From the NCBI RefSeq assembly GCF_043426755.1, contig NZ_JBHWRP010000040.1:36916-100915 (forward strand): 64,000 bases of DNA. The letters are read 5' to 3'. The DNA comes from Corynebacterium sp. Lineage in GTDB: Bacteria > Actinomycetota > Actinomycetes > Mycobacteriales > Mycobacteriaceae. Under the pieces are notes generated by a model that was not told where the DNA came from, did not search any database, and worked only from the letters and a program-made list of their open reading frames with translations. Positions 9,720 through 18,143 of this stretch are shown here, one piece after another; positions within the stretch are counted from its first letter, which is position 1, and each line of letters begins with the position of its first letter. Made by a program: the position numbers and the translations under genes.

Positions 9720-11564
9720 GTGGGTGACATGGCTTCAACTCCGCTGGAACAGTACGCGCTCTTGTCCGACACCAACACCGCAGCCCTGGTCAGCCGGGGC
9801 GGCTCAGTCGACTGGTTATGTATGCCACGCTTCGACTCGCAGGCCATGTTCGCCCGATTACTCGGCGATACCGATAACGGGCACTGGACCATCACGGTCT
9901 CCGGCGGGAAAGTCACCGACTGGGCCTACCGCGAAGATACCTTCATCCTGGAAACCACGTGGGAATCGGACACCGGAACCGCCCGGGTCACCGACTTCAT
10001 GCCGGTAGGCACCGGCGGGGTCTTCTTCCAGAACGCTGACCTGCTGCGGCGCGTCGAATGCCTCTCCGGCGAAGTGGACGTGAACGTGGCCATTAGGACG
10101 CGCTTCCACTACGGCCAGGCCGTGCCCTTCGTGCGTTACGCGGACGTGGACGGCGACGGGGTAGAGGAAATGCTGGCCGTTGCAGGCCCCGACGCCGTAT
10201 ATATCCGCGGGCCGCGCCTGGAACACGATGAGGAACACGGGCACCACGTCAACAGCTTCCACCTGAGCGAAGGCGAGACCCTGCAGTGGGTGATGCTGTG
10301 GGCGCCGTCCTATGAGGACAAGCCGGAATCCCCCGACTACTCCCAGGCGCTGGAATCCACCACGAAGTTCTGGCAGGACTGGATCGGCGGGCTTGAGACG
10401 GTGGGCAAGTATTCCGACGACGTGCGCCGCTCCCTGCTTGTGCTGCGCGCGCTGACGGACTCGGTGACCGGCGGCATCGTCGCAGCCCCCACCACCTCCT
10501 TGCCCGAAGAGTTCGGCGGCGAGCGCAACTGGGACTACCGCTACGTGTGGCTGCGCGATTCCGCCCTGACCATCGAGGTGCTGGTCCAATCCGGTTTCCA
10601 CGACCGCGCAGGGGAGTGGCGCGACTGGCTGCTGCGCGCCATCGCCGGCGATACCAGCCAGCTGCGCATCATGTACGGGCTGCGCGGCGAAAGGCACCTG
10701 CCGGAGCTTGAGCTGGGCCACCTCAGCGGCTACGAGGACTCTCGGCCGGTTCGCATCGGCAACGGCGCGTCTGAACAGTACCAAGCCGACGTGGTGGGTG
10801 AAGTGATGATCGCGCTGGAAATGCTGCGCGACGCCGGCATCGAAGAAGACGAATTCACCTGGAAGCTGCAAAAAGCACTCCTGGAGTACCAGGAGGACAA
10901 CTTCGACACACCCGACTACGGCATCTGGGAAATGCGCAGCGAACCAGGCATGTTCACCCACGGCCGCGCCATGATGTGGGCCGCCTTCGACCGCGGCATC
11001 AAGGCCGTGGAAGAGCATGGATTCGACGGGCCTGTTGACCGGTGGCGCGAGCTACGCGACAAGCTTTGCGACGAAGTCATGACCCGTGGCTATAACGAAG
11101 AACTTGGATTCTTCACCCAGCGCTACGACAACACCGAGGTCGATGCCTCCCTGCTGCAGCTAGCCCAGATCGGATTCGTGGACTACACCGACCCGAAAAT
11201 GTTGGGCACCGTTGAGCGCATTGAGCAGGAGCTTATCGACGACGCCGGGTTCCTTCATCGCTACGTCACCGGCACCGGCTCGGATGGCTTGGAAGGCTCT
11301 GAATACCCCTTCCTGATGTGCTCTTTCTGGCTAATCGAACAGTACGCCAAATCGGGCAGGGTAGAGGACGCCGTGGAGAAAATGGACCGCGTCCTCGCAG
11401 TAGGCAGCCCCCTTGGCCTGTTTGCCGAAGAATACTCCCCCGAACACGGCCGCCTGGCAGGAAATTATCCCCAGGCGTTCTCACACCTGGGGTTGGTACG
11501 CGCGGCGCACGCAGTCAGTCAACTCGCAGGCAGTCAGCTCGTAAACTCGCTGACTGGCGAGTAG
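9720..11564 (+). CDS. GH15 trehalase/glucoamylase-like glycoside hydrolase
   Basis: AAPTTSLPE..GGERNWDYRYVWLRD, GIWEMR, GLFAEE, GNYPQAFSH motifs. Confidence 0.9.
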   Translation: MGDMASTPLEQYALLSDTNTAALVSRGGSVDWLCMPRFDSQAMFARLLGDTDNGHWTITVSGGKVTDWAYREDTFILETTWESDTGTARVTDFMPVGTGGVFFQNADLLRRVECLSGEVDVNVAIRTRFHYGQAVPFVRYADVDGDGVEEMLAVAGPDAVYIRGPRLEHDEEHGHHVNSFHLSEGETLQWVMLWAPSYEDKPESPDYSQALESTTKFWQDWIGGLETVGKYSDDVRRSLLVLRALTDSVTGGIVAAPTTSLPEEFGGERNWDYRYVWLRDSALTIEVLVQSGFHDRAGEWRDWLLRAIAGDTSQLRIMYGLRGERHLPELELGHLSGYEDSRPVRIGNGASEQYQADVVGEVMIALEMLRDAGIEEDEFTWKLQKALLEYQEDNFDTPDYGIWEMRSEPGMFTHGRAMMWAAFDRGIKAVEEHGFDGPVDRWRELRDKLCDEVMTRGYNEELGFFTQRYDNTEVDASLLQLAQIGFVDYTDPKMLGTVERIEQELIDDAGFLHRYVTGTGSDGLEGSEYPFLMCSFWLIEQYAKSGRVEDAVEKMDRVLAVGSPLGLFAEEYSPEHGRLAGNYPQAFSHLGLVRAAHAVSQLAGSQLVNSLTGE

Positions 11565-11567
11565 GGC

Positions 11568-12395
11568 CTAGAGGCTGATGCCGTTGGCCGCGAACCACGG
11601 CACTGGGTCCACCGCACCGTTGCCCGACGGGTGGTACTCAAAGTGCAGGTGGGAACCGGTGGAAAAACCACGGTTACCCATACCCGCGATCTGCTGACCC
11701 GCTGCAACGCGCTGACCGGCGGAAACGTTCAGCGTCTCCATGTGGCCATAAATAGTCATCGAGCCGTCGTCGTGCTGAATGCGGATCCACTGGCCGTAGC
11801 CCTGCGCTGGGCCCGAATCGATGACCGTGCCGGCCATGGCCGCCAAGATCGGGGTGCCCACCGCATTCGCGATGTCGACGCCAGAGTGCATCGTTCCCCA
11901 GCGTGGACCAAAGCCTGAGGTGAACACGCCTTGAGCAGGCTTGACAACAGCGGCGCCGGTGATGAAATCAGTCATGATTCCGGCTGCTTCCAAGCGGGCC
12001 TTCTCAGCTTCCGCAGCCGCGGCCTGCTCGGCGGCAGCCGCCTCTGCAGCAAGACGATCCGCCTCTGCCTGAGCCTCAGCGGCGCGTTGATTGGTGTAAT
12101 CCACAGCCTTGCCAAGCTGGCCGTCCAGATCGTGTGCCGGCTTGTACTCGCTAATCGTCAGGATCTGAGGCGTGGTTTCTTCGCCGGTCGCGTCTACCGC
12201 AGTATCTTCTGTGTCGTTGACCAAGTCAACGTCAGTGTCTGCCTTCTCGTTCAGCGTGGCAGCGGCAGCGGCGCCAATGCCGGCCGACGACACCGTGGAT
12301 GCGACTGCAGCAACAAGTGCGACGCGACCCTTAGTGCGGGAGGGGGTAACCTTGCGGTGCTTGCCTCCGGCGGTAGGTCGAGTGTTCAGACGCAT
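11568..12395 (-). CDS. M23 family peptidoglycan metallopeptidase
   Basis: GKHR N-terminal motif plus TM; HSGVD, YGH, STGSHLHFE motifs. Start taken at MRLNTRP. Confidence 0.9.
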   Translation of the reverse strand: MRLNTRPTAGGKHRKVTPSRTKGRVALVAAVASTVSSAGIGAAAAATLNEKADTDVDLVNDTEDTAVDATGEETTPQILTISEYKPAHDLDGQLGKAVDYTNQRAAEAQAEADRLAAEAAAAEQAAAAEAEKARLEAAGIMTDFITGAAVVKPAQGVFTSGFGPRWGTMHSGVDIANAVGTPILAAMAGTVIDSGPAQGYGQWIRIQHDDGSMTIYGHMETLNVSAGQRVAAGQQIAGMGNRGFSTGSHLHFEYHPSGNGAVDPVPWFAANGISL

Positions 12396-12489
12396 GGAGC
12401 CTTCTCTCTTCGGGGTTCTTCTCAAAGTGTCACGCGGTCCCACAGGGATCGAATTAAGACTTTACTTAAAAAATGATAAGAGTGTAAAT

Positions 12490-12508
12490 CTCGTAATCAA
12501 ATTGTTAT
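12490..12508 (-). promoter_or_regulatory. Possible MtrA-binding direct repeat
   Basis: Minus strand reads ATAACAAT-TTG-ATTACGAG, resembling the C. glutamicum MtrA 8-3-8 repeat, upstream of a cell-wall peptidase. Confidence 0.4.
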
Positions 12509-12775
12509 CTTGTTGGAGACTGTAGTCACCGACCAGACAAGGTGCAAGCCGTCGACAATGTCAGGAATCGGTCGCGTCCTACTGTCTATGCGTAATCGCT
12601 CAACATGTAAATGACCTGCGTGTTTGATGGGATTGCAATTTACTTTCGCTGCAAAAATATGCGGAGTAACTGAAAGGACTACGCGCGATCTTAAATGTTT
12701 TCGACAGTCAAGCGTATAACCGCTGGATATGGCTGTATCCGCTGAAGTGGGGTTTGGCAGTGTTAATCTGAGCTC

Positions 12776-14143
12776 ATGCGCATACACGTGGAAAATCTGG
12801 GGCCGGTAAAACGGGCTTCCTGGGATTTGCGGAAACTGAATGTTCTTGCCGGGCCGAACAGTTCCGGCAAAACCTATCTTGCTCATGCTGTGTATGCAGC
12901 GCTGAAAGCAACAGCTTGGCCTAACAGCGTTAGTTTTATCTCCCCCGTTGATGATTCTGTCACTCAGGCGATGACAGAAGAACTTTCAGCAGTGGGTAGG
13001 TCGTCAGTCAAGCTTTCTGAGCTTGCTGATTTTTTCGATCTTTCATTTAAAGCAGCTCTCGAGGCTGGCCTACGGGGCATGTATCGTGGAATTAGCGGAG
13101 AGTCAATCAGGCTTGTGCCTGAAGAAGGGGAGCTTCTCGGGATCGCTCTTCAACGGATAAGGAGTGGACCGTATATCCCGGGGATTAATTTCGGTAACTT
13201 CAGCCTGAACCTCCAGACCAACGATGCGGATGATCCGGACATCACTCTGACGAAACAATCTAATCGTCTGGATACAGAACAGCCCGGAAATGACGGTTCG
13301 GCGGAGGCGGAGGAGTACATGTGCGGGCGTGTGCAGCAATTTCTTGGTCTTCTCGCGCCGTGGCCGTCGCAGATGCCGTACGTCCTGACCTCTGAGCGGG
13401 TTGGGTTGTACACGTTTCAGTCGGACATTGATTACGGTCGCTCTGAAATGGTGGAGAAGTTCCGAGTCACCAACGGTGGTAGCGCTGCCGAGCTTTCAAC
13501 CACTCCTTGGCCGTCAGCTGTGGAGGATAATCTCGATCAATTCCGACGCTTACAAGATAAGAACCACCGTGCTTTTATGAAACCAGTGCCTGAAGCAGGA
13601 AAAATGATCGACTTGATTCATCTCATGTCCGGTGGGCAATTCCATTTCGAGGACGGCAGTTATACTTTTGCGCCTAAGGACAGTGATGTACACCTACCGA
13701 TGTCGTCCACTTCGAGTACAGCTAGGTCTCTTTTTGAGCTAGCCGAGTTTGTCACCTGGCACGCGCAACCTGGAGCGTGGATTGTGATTGATGAACCCGA
13801 ACTAAACCTCCACCCTGATAACCAAGTTCTCATGGCCCGGTTGCTTGCTCACTTGGTAGACGCTGAAGTAAGTGTTTTCTTGACTACTCACAGTGACTAT
13901 CTCCTTCGAGAGTTGTCTATTCTTACTGTGCTGAATTCGAAGGAGGAATGGCCTGAGGAGTACCAGGGCGCAGCTAGTTTAAACCCCGACGACATTCGAG
14001 TGGGGTATACGGAATTGCAGAATGGTGTTTCATCTCTGAAAGCAGCTGAGGTCTCGCCCCTCAAAGGCATTCACACTCCTTTCTTTGACGGGACTATTGC
14101 TCGTCAAAATAGGCTTTTCGATGAGGTCGTGTGGGGTGGCTAA
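12776..14143 (+). CDS. ABC-type/AAA_15-AAA_21 ATPase (defence-associated class)
   Basis: VENLGPV, Walker A GPNSSGKT, degenerate signature TSSTARSL, Walker B/D-loop IVIDEPELNLHPDNQ, H-loop TTHSDY; lower GC than flanks. Confidence 0.9.
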   Translation: MRIHVENLGPVKRASWDLRKLNVLAGPNSSGKTYLAHAVYAALKATAWPNSVSFISPVDDSVTQAMTEELSAVGRSSVKLSELADFFDLSFKAALEAGLRGMYRGISGESIRLVPEEGELLGIALQRIRSGPYIPGINFGNFSLNLQTNDADDPDITLTKQSNRLDTEQPGNDGSAEAEEYMCGRVQQFLGLLAPWPSQMPYVLTSERVGLYTFQSDIDYGRSEMVEKFRVTNGGSAAELSTTPWPSAVEDNLDQFRRLQDKNHRAFMKPVPEAGKMIDLIHLMSGGQFHFEDGSYTFAPKDSDVHLPMSSTSSTARSLFELAEFVTWHAQPGAWIVIDEPELNLHPDNQVLMARLLAHLVDAEVSVFLTTHSDYLLRELSILTVLNSKEEWPEEYQGAASLNPDDIRVGYTELQNGVSSLKAAEVSPLKGIHTPFFDGTIARQNRLFDEVVWGG

Positions 14144-14728
14144 AGTCGAGCGCTTCGCTAAGCGCATAGTCGAGGTGATCCAGCCGGTTGATGTGGTATT
14201 GGCGGAGGCTTCAGACCGATCCCCAGATCCCCAGAGCAGTACCGCATTCGCTTAAGCGAAATGGATGACAAAAAGGGGGAACGTTTCGTCCGGTTTACCG
14301 ACGTACCAGAGTCCTTGATTGCGGTGAAGCTGGATTCGTTTGATTTAAACAGGGCCTTCGTTCAAACCGAAGGGGGAAAGCCCTATGGTCGGCGGTGCGA
14401 TTATCTGTTAGTTGATCCCATTAATCATCTCCTAACGTTTATCGAGCTTAAGTTAGGAACGACGGGTGGCCACGCAAAAGACGTTGTGCTTCAGCTTAAA
14501 GGCGGTCGTGCGGTCGCTGATTACATGGCGTCGTTGATGCGGCATTTTGATGGCGTAGATATTGATCTGTCGGGAGTAGAAACGCGGTTTTTATGGATCA
14601 CTTTTCAGCAATCAAATTCGGATCAATTCAAACGTGGCTCCCAGTTCAAAGCAGACGATGTGGATAATCCACGCAAGCTATCACAGGGCAGGAACGGGTC
14701 TATCAACTATCGAACAGTAATTCTCTAG
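14136..14728 (+). pseudogene. Putative PD-(D/E)XK-like nuclease partner of the ATPase, frameshifted
   Basis: GTG 14136 overlaps the ATPase end. GATCCCCA x2 at 14218-14233 shifts the frame; removing one copy joins it to the 14261-14728 ORF (RRCDYLLV...FIELK...QLKGG). Confidence 0.65.
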
Positions 14729-14807
14729 GTTTATGGTGACTGCTGGTGGTCACGCGGATAACCCCAAGTCGCTCGTCGGCAAGGGGCGCTCTTCAGGCAG
14801 GATATGT

Positions 14808-14843
14808 AAAAGCCGGCCTGCGAACGCAAACGCAAGCCGGCTT
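14808..14843 (-). terminator. Intrinsic terminator downstream of the DUF981 gene
   Basis: AAGCCGGC...GCCGGCTT stem followed by a T-run on the minus strand. Confidence 0.7.
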
Positions 14844-14866
14844 AGAAAATCGGTAACGCAGTTACC

Positions 14867-15589
14867 CTACTCCCACGGGAACACGAGCGTGTCCGGGTAC
14901 TGCTCAGGCTGGTTGTAGGCGTATGGGAAGAAGCCCACGTGGCCGTAGAACAGTGTCAGGCCAAGCACGATCCACATCATGCCGAAGAACCAGATCAGCA
15001 CGGTGAAGATGCGGTTGACCTTCTTGCTGGTCACCGCGAAAGGCGACAGCAGCGCAACCACGCCGGTGCCCACGTACATGGAGAACACCATCAGCGGTTC
15101 GATCAGCTGGCCTTCAAGTAGTCGGGCAACCGGTTCAATGGCTGGCGGGCGCCACTGGCCGAAGTGCAGGCCAGCGATGCCGAACAGGATCAGGCCGAAG
15201 CCGCCAACGGCAGCGACGTACAGCAGTGGACGAAGCGTGCCGACGAGATCAAGCGCGCGCAGGCCCTGGTCGGCTTTTTCCTCAGCGCGGATGATTGCGA
15301 TACCCGCGATGAAGGTGAGGATGCCGTAGAACGCAGCTGGCTCACCGAAGGTGACGTTATCGACGGCACAGCAGAACGCGCCCTCGATCTGCTCGAGCGG
15401 CCACGTCAGGGTCATGTGCATGCCGGTAATGCCCAGGAATGCGCCGAGGAAGACGAATGCCCAGCCAAAACCGGAGATGGAACGACCGGTGCGGGTCGCA
15501 GCGGACTGCATGAAGATGGGAACCAGGATCATGATAATGCCCACGATCAGGCCCATAGTGGTGTTGTAAGTAATGCCTTGCATCAACAT
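14867..15589 (-). CDS. DUF981 family membrane protein
   Basis: ITYNTTMGL, GMHMTLTWPL, NVTFGEP, RPPAIEP; about 6 TM helices. Confidence 0.75.
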   Translation of the reverse strand: MLMQGITYNTTMGLIVGIIMILVPIFMQSAATRTGRSISGFGWAFVFLGAFLGITGMHMTLTWPLEQIEGAFCCAVDNVTFGEPAAFYGILTFIAGIAIIRAEEKADQGLRALDLVGTLRPLLYVAAVGGFGLILFGIAGLHFGQWRPPAIEPVARLLEGQLIEPLMVFSMYVGTGVVALLSPFAVTSKKVNRIFTVLIWFFGMMWIVLGLTLFYGHVGFFPYAYNQPEQYPDTLVFPWE

Positions 15590-15596
15590 GGTTGTG

Positions 15597-15878
15597 TTAC
15601 TCCCTTTCCGCCAGCATCAGTTGGCGAAGGAACATCAACGCGGTGGCAAGGCCCATGGTCAACACCCACACGAGGGTGCCCACGTCCTGGCCGAATACGT
15701 CGCCGACGACCCAGAAGAAGATCATGCCGACGATGGTGCCAATAATGATGGCAGCCCACGTCAGCTTCACAAGTAGAGGAGACCACTTAGCGATGGTCTC
15801 CTCACTGAATTCGAAGGGTTCGAGCTGTCGTGGCTCGTATGCCACGGTCGGCTCCACCCGAGTGGATTGGTTAGTCAT
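15597..15878 (-). CDS. Small two-TM membrane protein, probably co-transcribed with the DUF981 gene
   Basis: 93 aa, GGAG RBS, 7-bp gap to the next gene. Confidence 0.7.
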   Translation of the reverse strand: MTNQSTRVEPTVAYEPRQLEPFEFSEETIAKWSPLLVKLTWAAIIIGTIVGMIFFWVVGDVFGQDVGTLVWVLTMGLATALMFLRQLMLAERE

Positions 15879-16080
15879 TGCACTCTTTCTCCAAATGAAT
15901 GGTTACGCGAACCTTTCGCGATACCTGTGCCCAGCAACTAATAGTACGTCCATATTGTTTCCCTGTTAAATCGGGCACAATTATTTAGGGGATAACTGTG
16001 AATATCTCTGCCAACTTGAATGGCTCCGACCATGAAAGCATTCGGGAATGGCGTAATTCTTAAGGCTTGTCGTCGAGATG

Positions 16081-16578
16081 CTAGTTGCTCTTCGCACCCT
16101 TGCGTCGCTGCAGGAATCGGTCGAATCCCCACCACATGATGGGCATAAAGACCACGACAATAATCCAGTAAACGAGCCAAAAGCTTCCATCGAGTCCGGC
16201 GACTACCATTCCGGATAGAAGAAGGACGGTAGTGATGGCGCATGCGATGACACATTTTTTCAAATTCTCACGACTGTCACTTTCGGAGACTTTTCCTGAT
16301 GATGTGCGCGAGAACCGACGGTCCATCGCGTTGATGATGTCACGCCCGAATACGATAGAAAATGCAATGTAGAACGCGGCGAAGCCATGCATAAATTGTG
16401 CTTGACCTGTCTCGCGGAGAGATACGTAAGAAAAACCTAGAAGTACTAGGTCAATCAACGGCGTTGCGATGAGGAACGCGATCCCGAGCTTGGGAAGTTT
16501 TAGACCGTACCGAATGGCGAACCCTAGGAACAGGCAGACCCAAAATGCAATTTCGGCTACGACGATAGCGGTGAGCAT
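16081..16578 (-). CDS. Hypothetical integral membrane protein
   Basis: MLTAIVVAEIAFW...PLIDLVLL...HGFAAFYIAFSIVFG; AAGGA RBS; lower GC. Confidence 0.75.
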   Translation of the reverse strand: MLTAIVVAEIAFWVCLFLGFAIRYGLKLPKLGIAFLIATPLIDLVLLGFSYVSLRETGQAQFMHGFAAFYIAFSIVFGRDIINAMDRRFSRTSSGKVSESDSRENLKKCVIACAITTVLLLSGMVVAGLDGSFWLVYWIIVVVFMPIMWWGFDRFLQRRKGAKSN

Positions 16579-16817
16579 GGTTCGAATCCTTGATTTTGTG
16601 AGGGGCACTCCCGGACGTTTACGTCGTTGGCAGCGTTAATCAACGGTTGCCAAGGTAATAGCAATTTCATGGCGACGCCACAGCTCTAGGTGAAGATCTA
16701 GTGAAGATGTGTAAACCCTAAAACTAACGCCGTGGGGTTGAAGAAAGATAGCTCAAAGCAGCTGAAGGTTTAAGTACTTATGTGAATCGCCGTGGTGCGG
16801 CCTGCCCAGCCGGGCTG

Positions 16818-16905
16818 GCCCTACCAACAACTCAGAACACGACCCACGAAGAAGACCTCACCACCCTAGAACACTGTTCTAGGCCGGTGAGGCCGACTGA
16901 TCACA
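16818..16905 (+). mobile_element. Right-end remnant of a second IS481-like copy
   Basis: Matches ~17250-17391 (CACCACCCTAGAACACTGTTCTAGGCCGGTGAGGCCGACTG...ATCACA) with an internal deletion between GACTG repeats. Confidence 0.7.
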
Positions 16906-16920
16906 TGGAGCCGGCGACGA
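16906..16920. repeat. 15-bp duplication of the tRNA-Gly 3' end (target-site duplication)
   Basis: TGGAGCCGGCGACGA at both 16906-16920 and 17392-17406. Confidence 0.9.
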
Positions 16921-17391
16921 TGTCCTGCGTCAGCACATAGTTGACACTCCTGTTCTCGGTCTTTAGCAGTGACACCTGACAGATCAGTCGCGACATACTT
17001 GACACTTCTGTGCCCGAGCACAAACCCGGTGATAGATGACAGATCAGTCGCGACATAGTTGACACTTTGCGGTGTGCCACCATAAACCATGAGCAAGAAA
17101 ACAAACATCGTGATCATCGCCACGATCACAACCACACACAACCCCAGGATCAACTATCAAACAGATCATCGCGATTCGCCGCGAACTGTCCTCCAAAAGA
17201 GCCGATAACGGCCCGGACACCATCTCCTGGGCGCCCGAACAGCGGCCATGCCCTACCAGCCCAACATCATCGAGAACACAACCCCAAGCACGAAGAAGGC
17301 CCCACCACCCTAGAACACTGTTCTAGGCCGGTGAGGCCGACTGTCAACCATGTCGCGACGGATACTGTCAAGTATGTCCCGACTGATCACA
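16921..17391 (+). mobile_element. Internally deleted IS481-family element (MITE-like, 471 bp)
   Basis: TGT...ACA termini; three left and two right inverted subterminal TGTCAA(C/G)(T/C)ATGT sites; transposase fragments MSKKTNIVII (17089) and QIIAIRRELSSKRADNGPDTISW; flanked by a 15-bp direct repeat. Confidence 0.8.
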
Positions 17392-17465
17392 TGGAGCCGG
17401 CGACGAGAATCGAACTCGCACTCTCAGCTTGGGAAGCTGATGTTCTACCACTAAACTACGCCGGC
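17392..17465 (-). tRNA. tRNA-Gly (CCC)
   Basis: GCCGGCGTAGTTTAGTGGTAGAACATCAGCTTCCCAAGCTGAGAGTGCGAGTTCGATTCTCGTCGCCGGCTCCA folds as a cloverleaf with encoded CCA. Confidence 0.97.
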
Positions 17466-17530
17466 AATGTAGGAGAGTTTAGCACTCGGCTCTGGCCACA
17501 TGAAAATGGCCCTGCCGTAGACTGGACCGC

Positions 17531-18100
17531 GTGATTCTTTCTGACCATGACATTCGCGACGCCATCAGCTCCGCCGACCTCGGCATCGAGCCTTACGACG
17601 AGGCCTTGGTCCAACCCTCGAGCGTGGACGTGCGCTTGGACAAGTATTTCCGCGTGTTCAACAACTCGCGCTACACACACATCGACCCGAAGCGGGAGAT
17701 GGAAGACCTGACCACGCTGGTGGAGGTGCCTGACGACGAGGCCTTCGTCTTGCACCCTGGCGAGTTCGTGCTGGGCGCCACATTTGAGAAGTTCACCCTC
17801 CCGGCACACCTGGCGGGGCGTTTGGAGGGGAAATCGTCGTTAGGCCGCCTGGGGTTGCTCACGCACTCGACGGCGGGCTTCATCGACCCCGGCTTTTCCG
17901 GCTACATCACCCTCGAGCTGTCGAATGTGGCCAACTTGCCGATCGTCCTATACCCCGGCATGAAGGTGGGGCAGCTGGCGCTGTTCCAGATGTCCTCGCC
18001 GGCGGAAGTGCCGTACGGGTCTGGGGCGCTGGGCTCGAAGTATCAGGGCCAGCGCGGCCCGACCCCCTCGAAATACTACCTGAACTTCCGCGACCAGTAG
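17531..18100 (+). CDS. dcd: dCTP deaminase
   Basis: [37 protein letters not shown] motifs. Confidence 0.97.
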   Translation: MILSDHDIRDAISSADLGIEPYDEALVQPSSVDVRLDKYFRVFNNSRYTHIDPKREMEDLTTLVEVPDDEAFVLHPGEFVLGATFEKFTLPAHLAGRLEGKSSLGRLGLLTHSTAGFIDPGFSGYITLELSNVANLPIVLYPGMKVGQLALFQMSSPAEVPYGSGALGSKYQGQRGPTPSKYYLNFRDQ

Positions 18101-18143
18101 TGGCCCGTAGCTCGTCCTGCCAAACTGCACGAGGTGGGCAATA

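Noticed and set aside
12396..12775. Riboswitch or sRNA upstream of the M23 peptidase
   Set aside because: No recognisable conserved aptamer motif by eye; an Rfam/Infernal scan would be needed.
16921..17066. ~26-bp repeats at 60-bp spacing resembling a mini CRISPR array
   Set aside because: Only 2-3 copies, inverted copies at the other end, TGT/ACA termini, transposase fragments and no cas genes; better explained as IS end binding sites.
12520..17465. Prophage or ICE at tRNA-Gly
   Set aside because: No integrase, phage or conjugation genes; the only tRNA-end duplicate found encloses just 471 bp.
16866..17534. ORFs 16866-17153, 16901-17104 and 17067-17534
   Set aside because: They run through IS repeats and the tRNA; not credible proteins apart from short transposase fragments.
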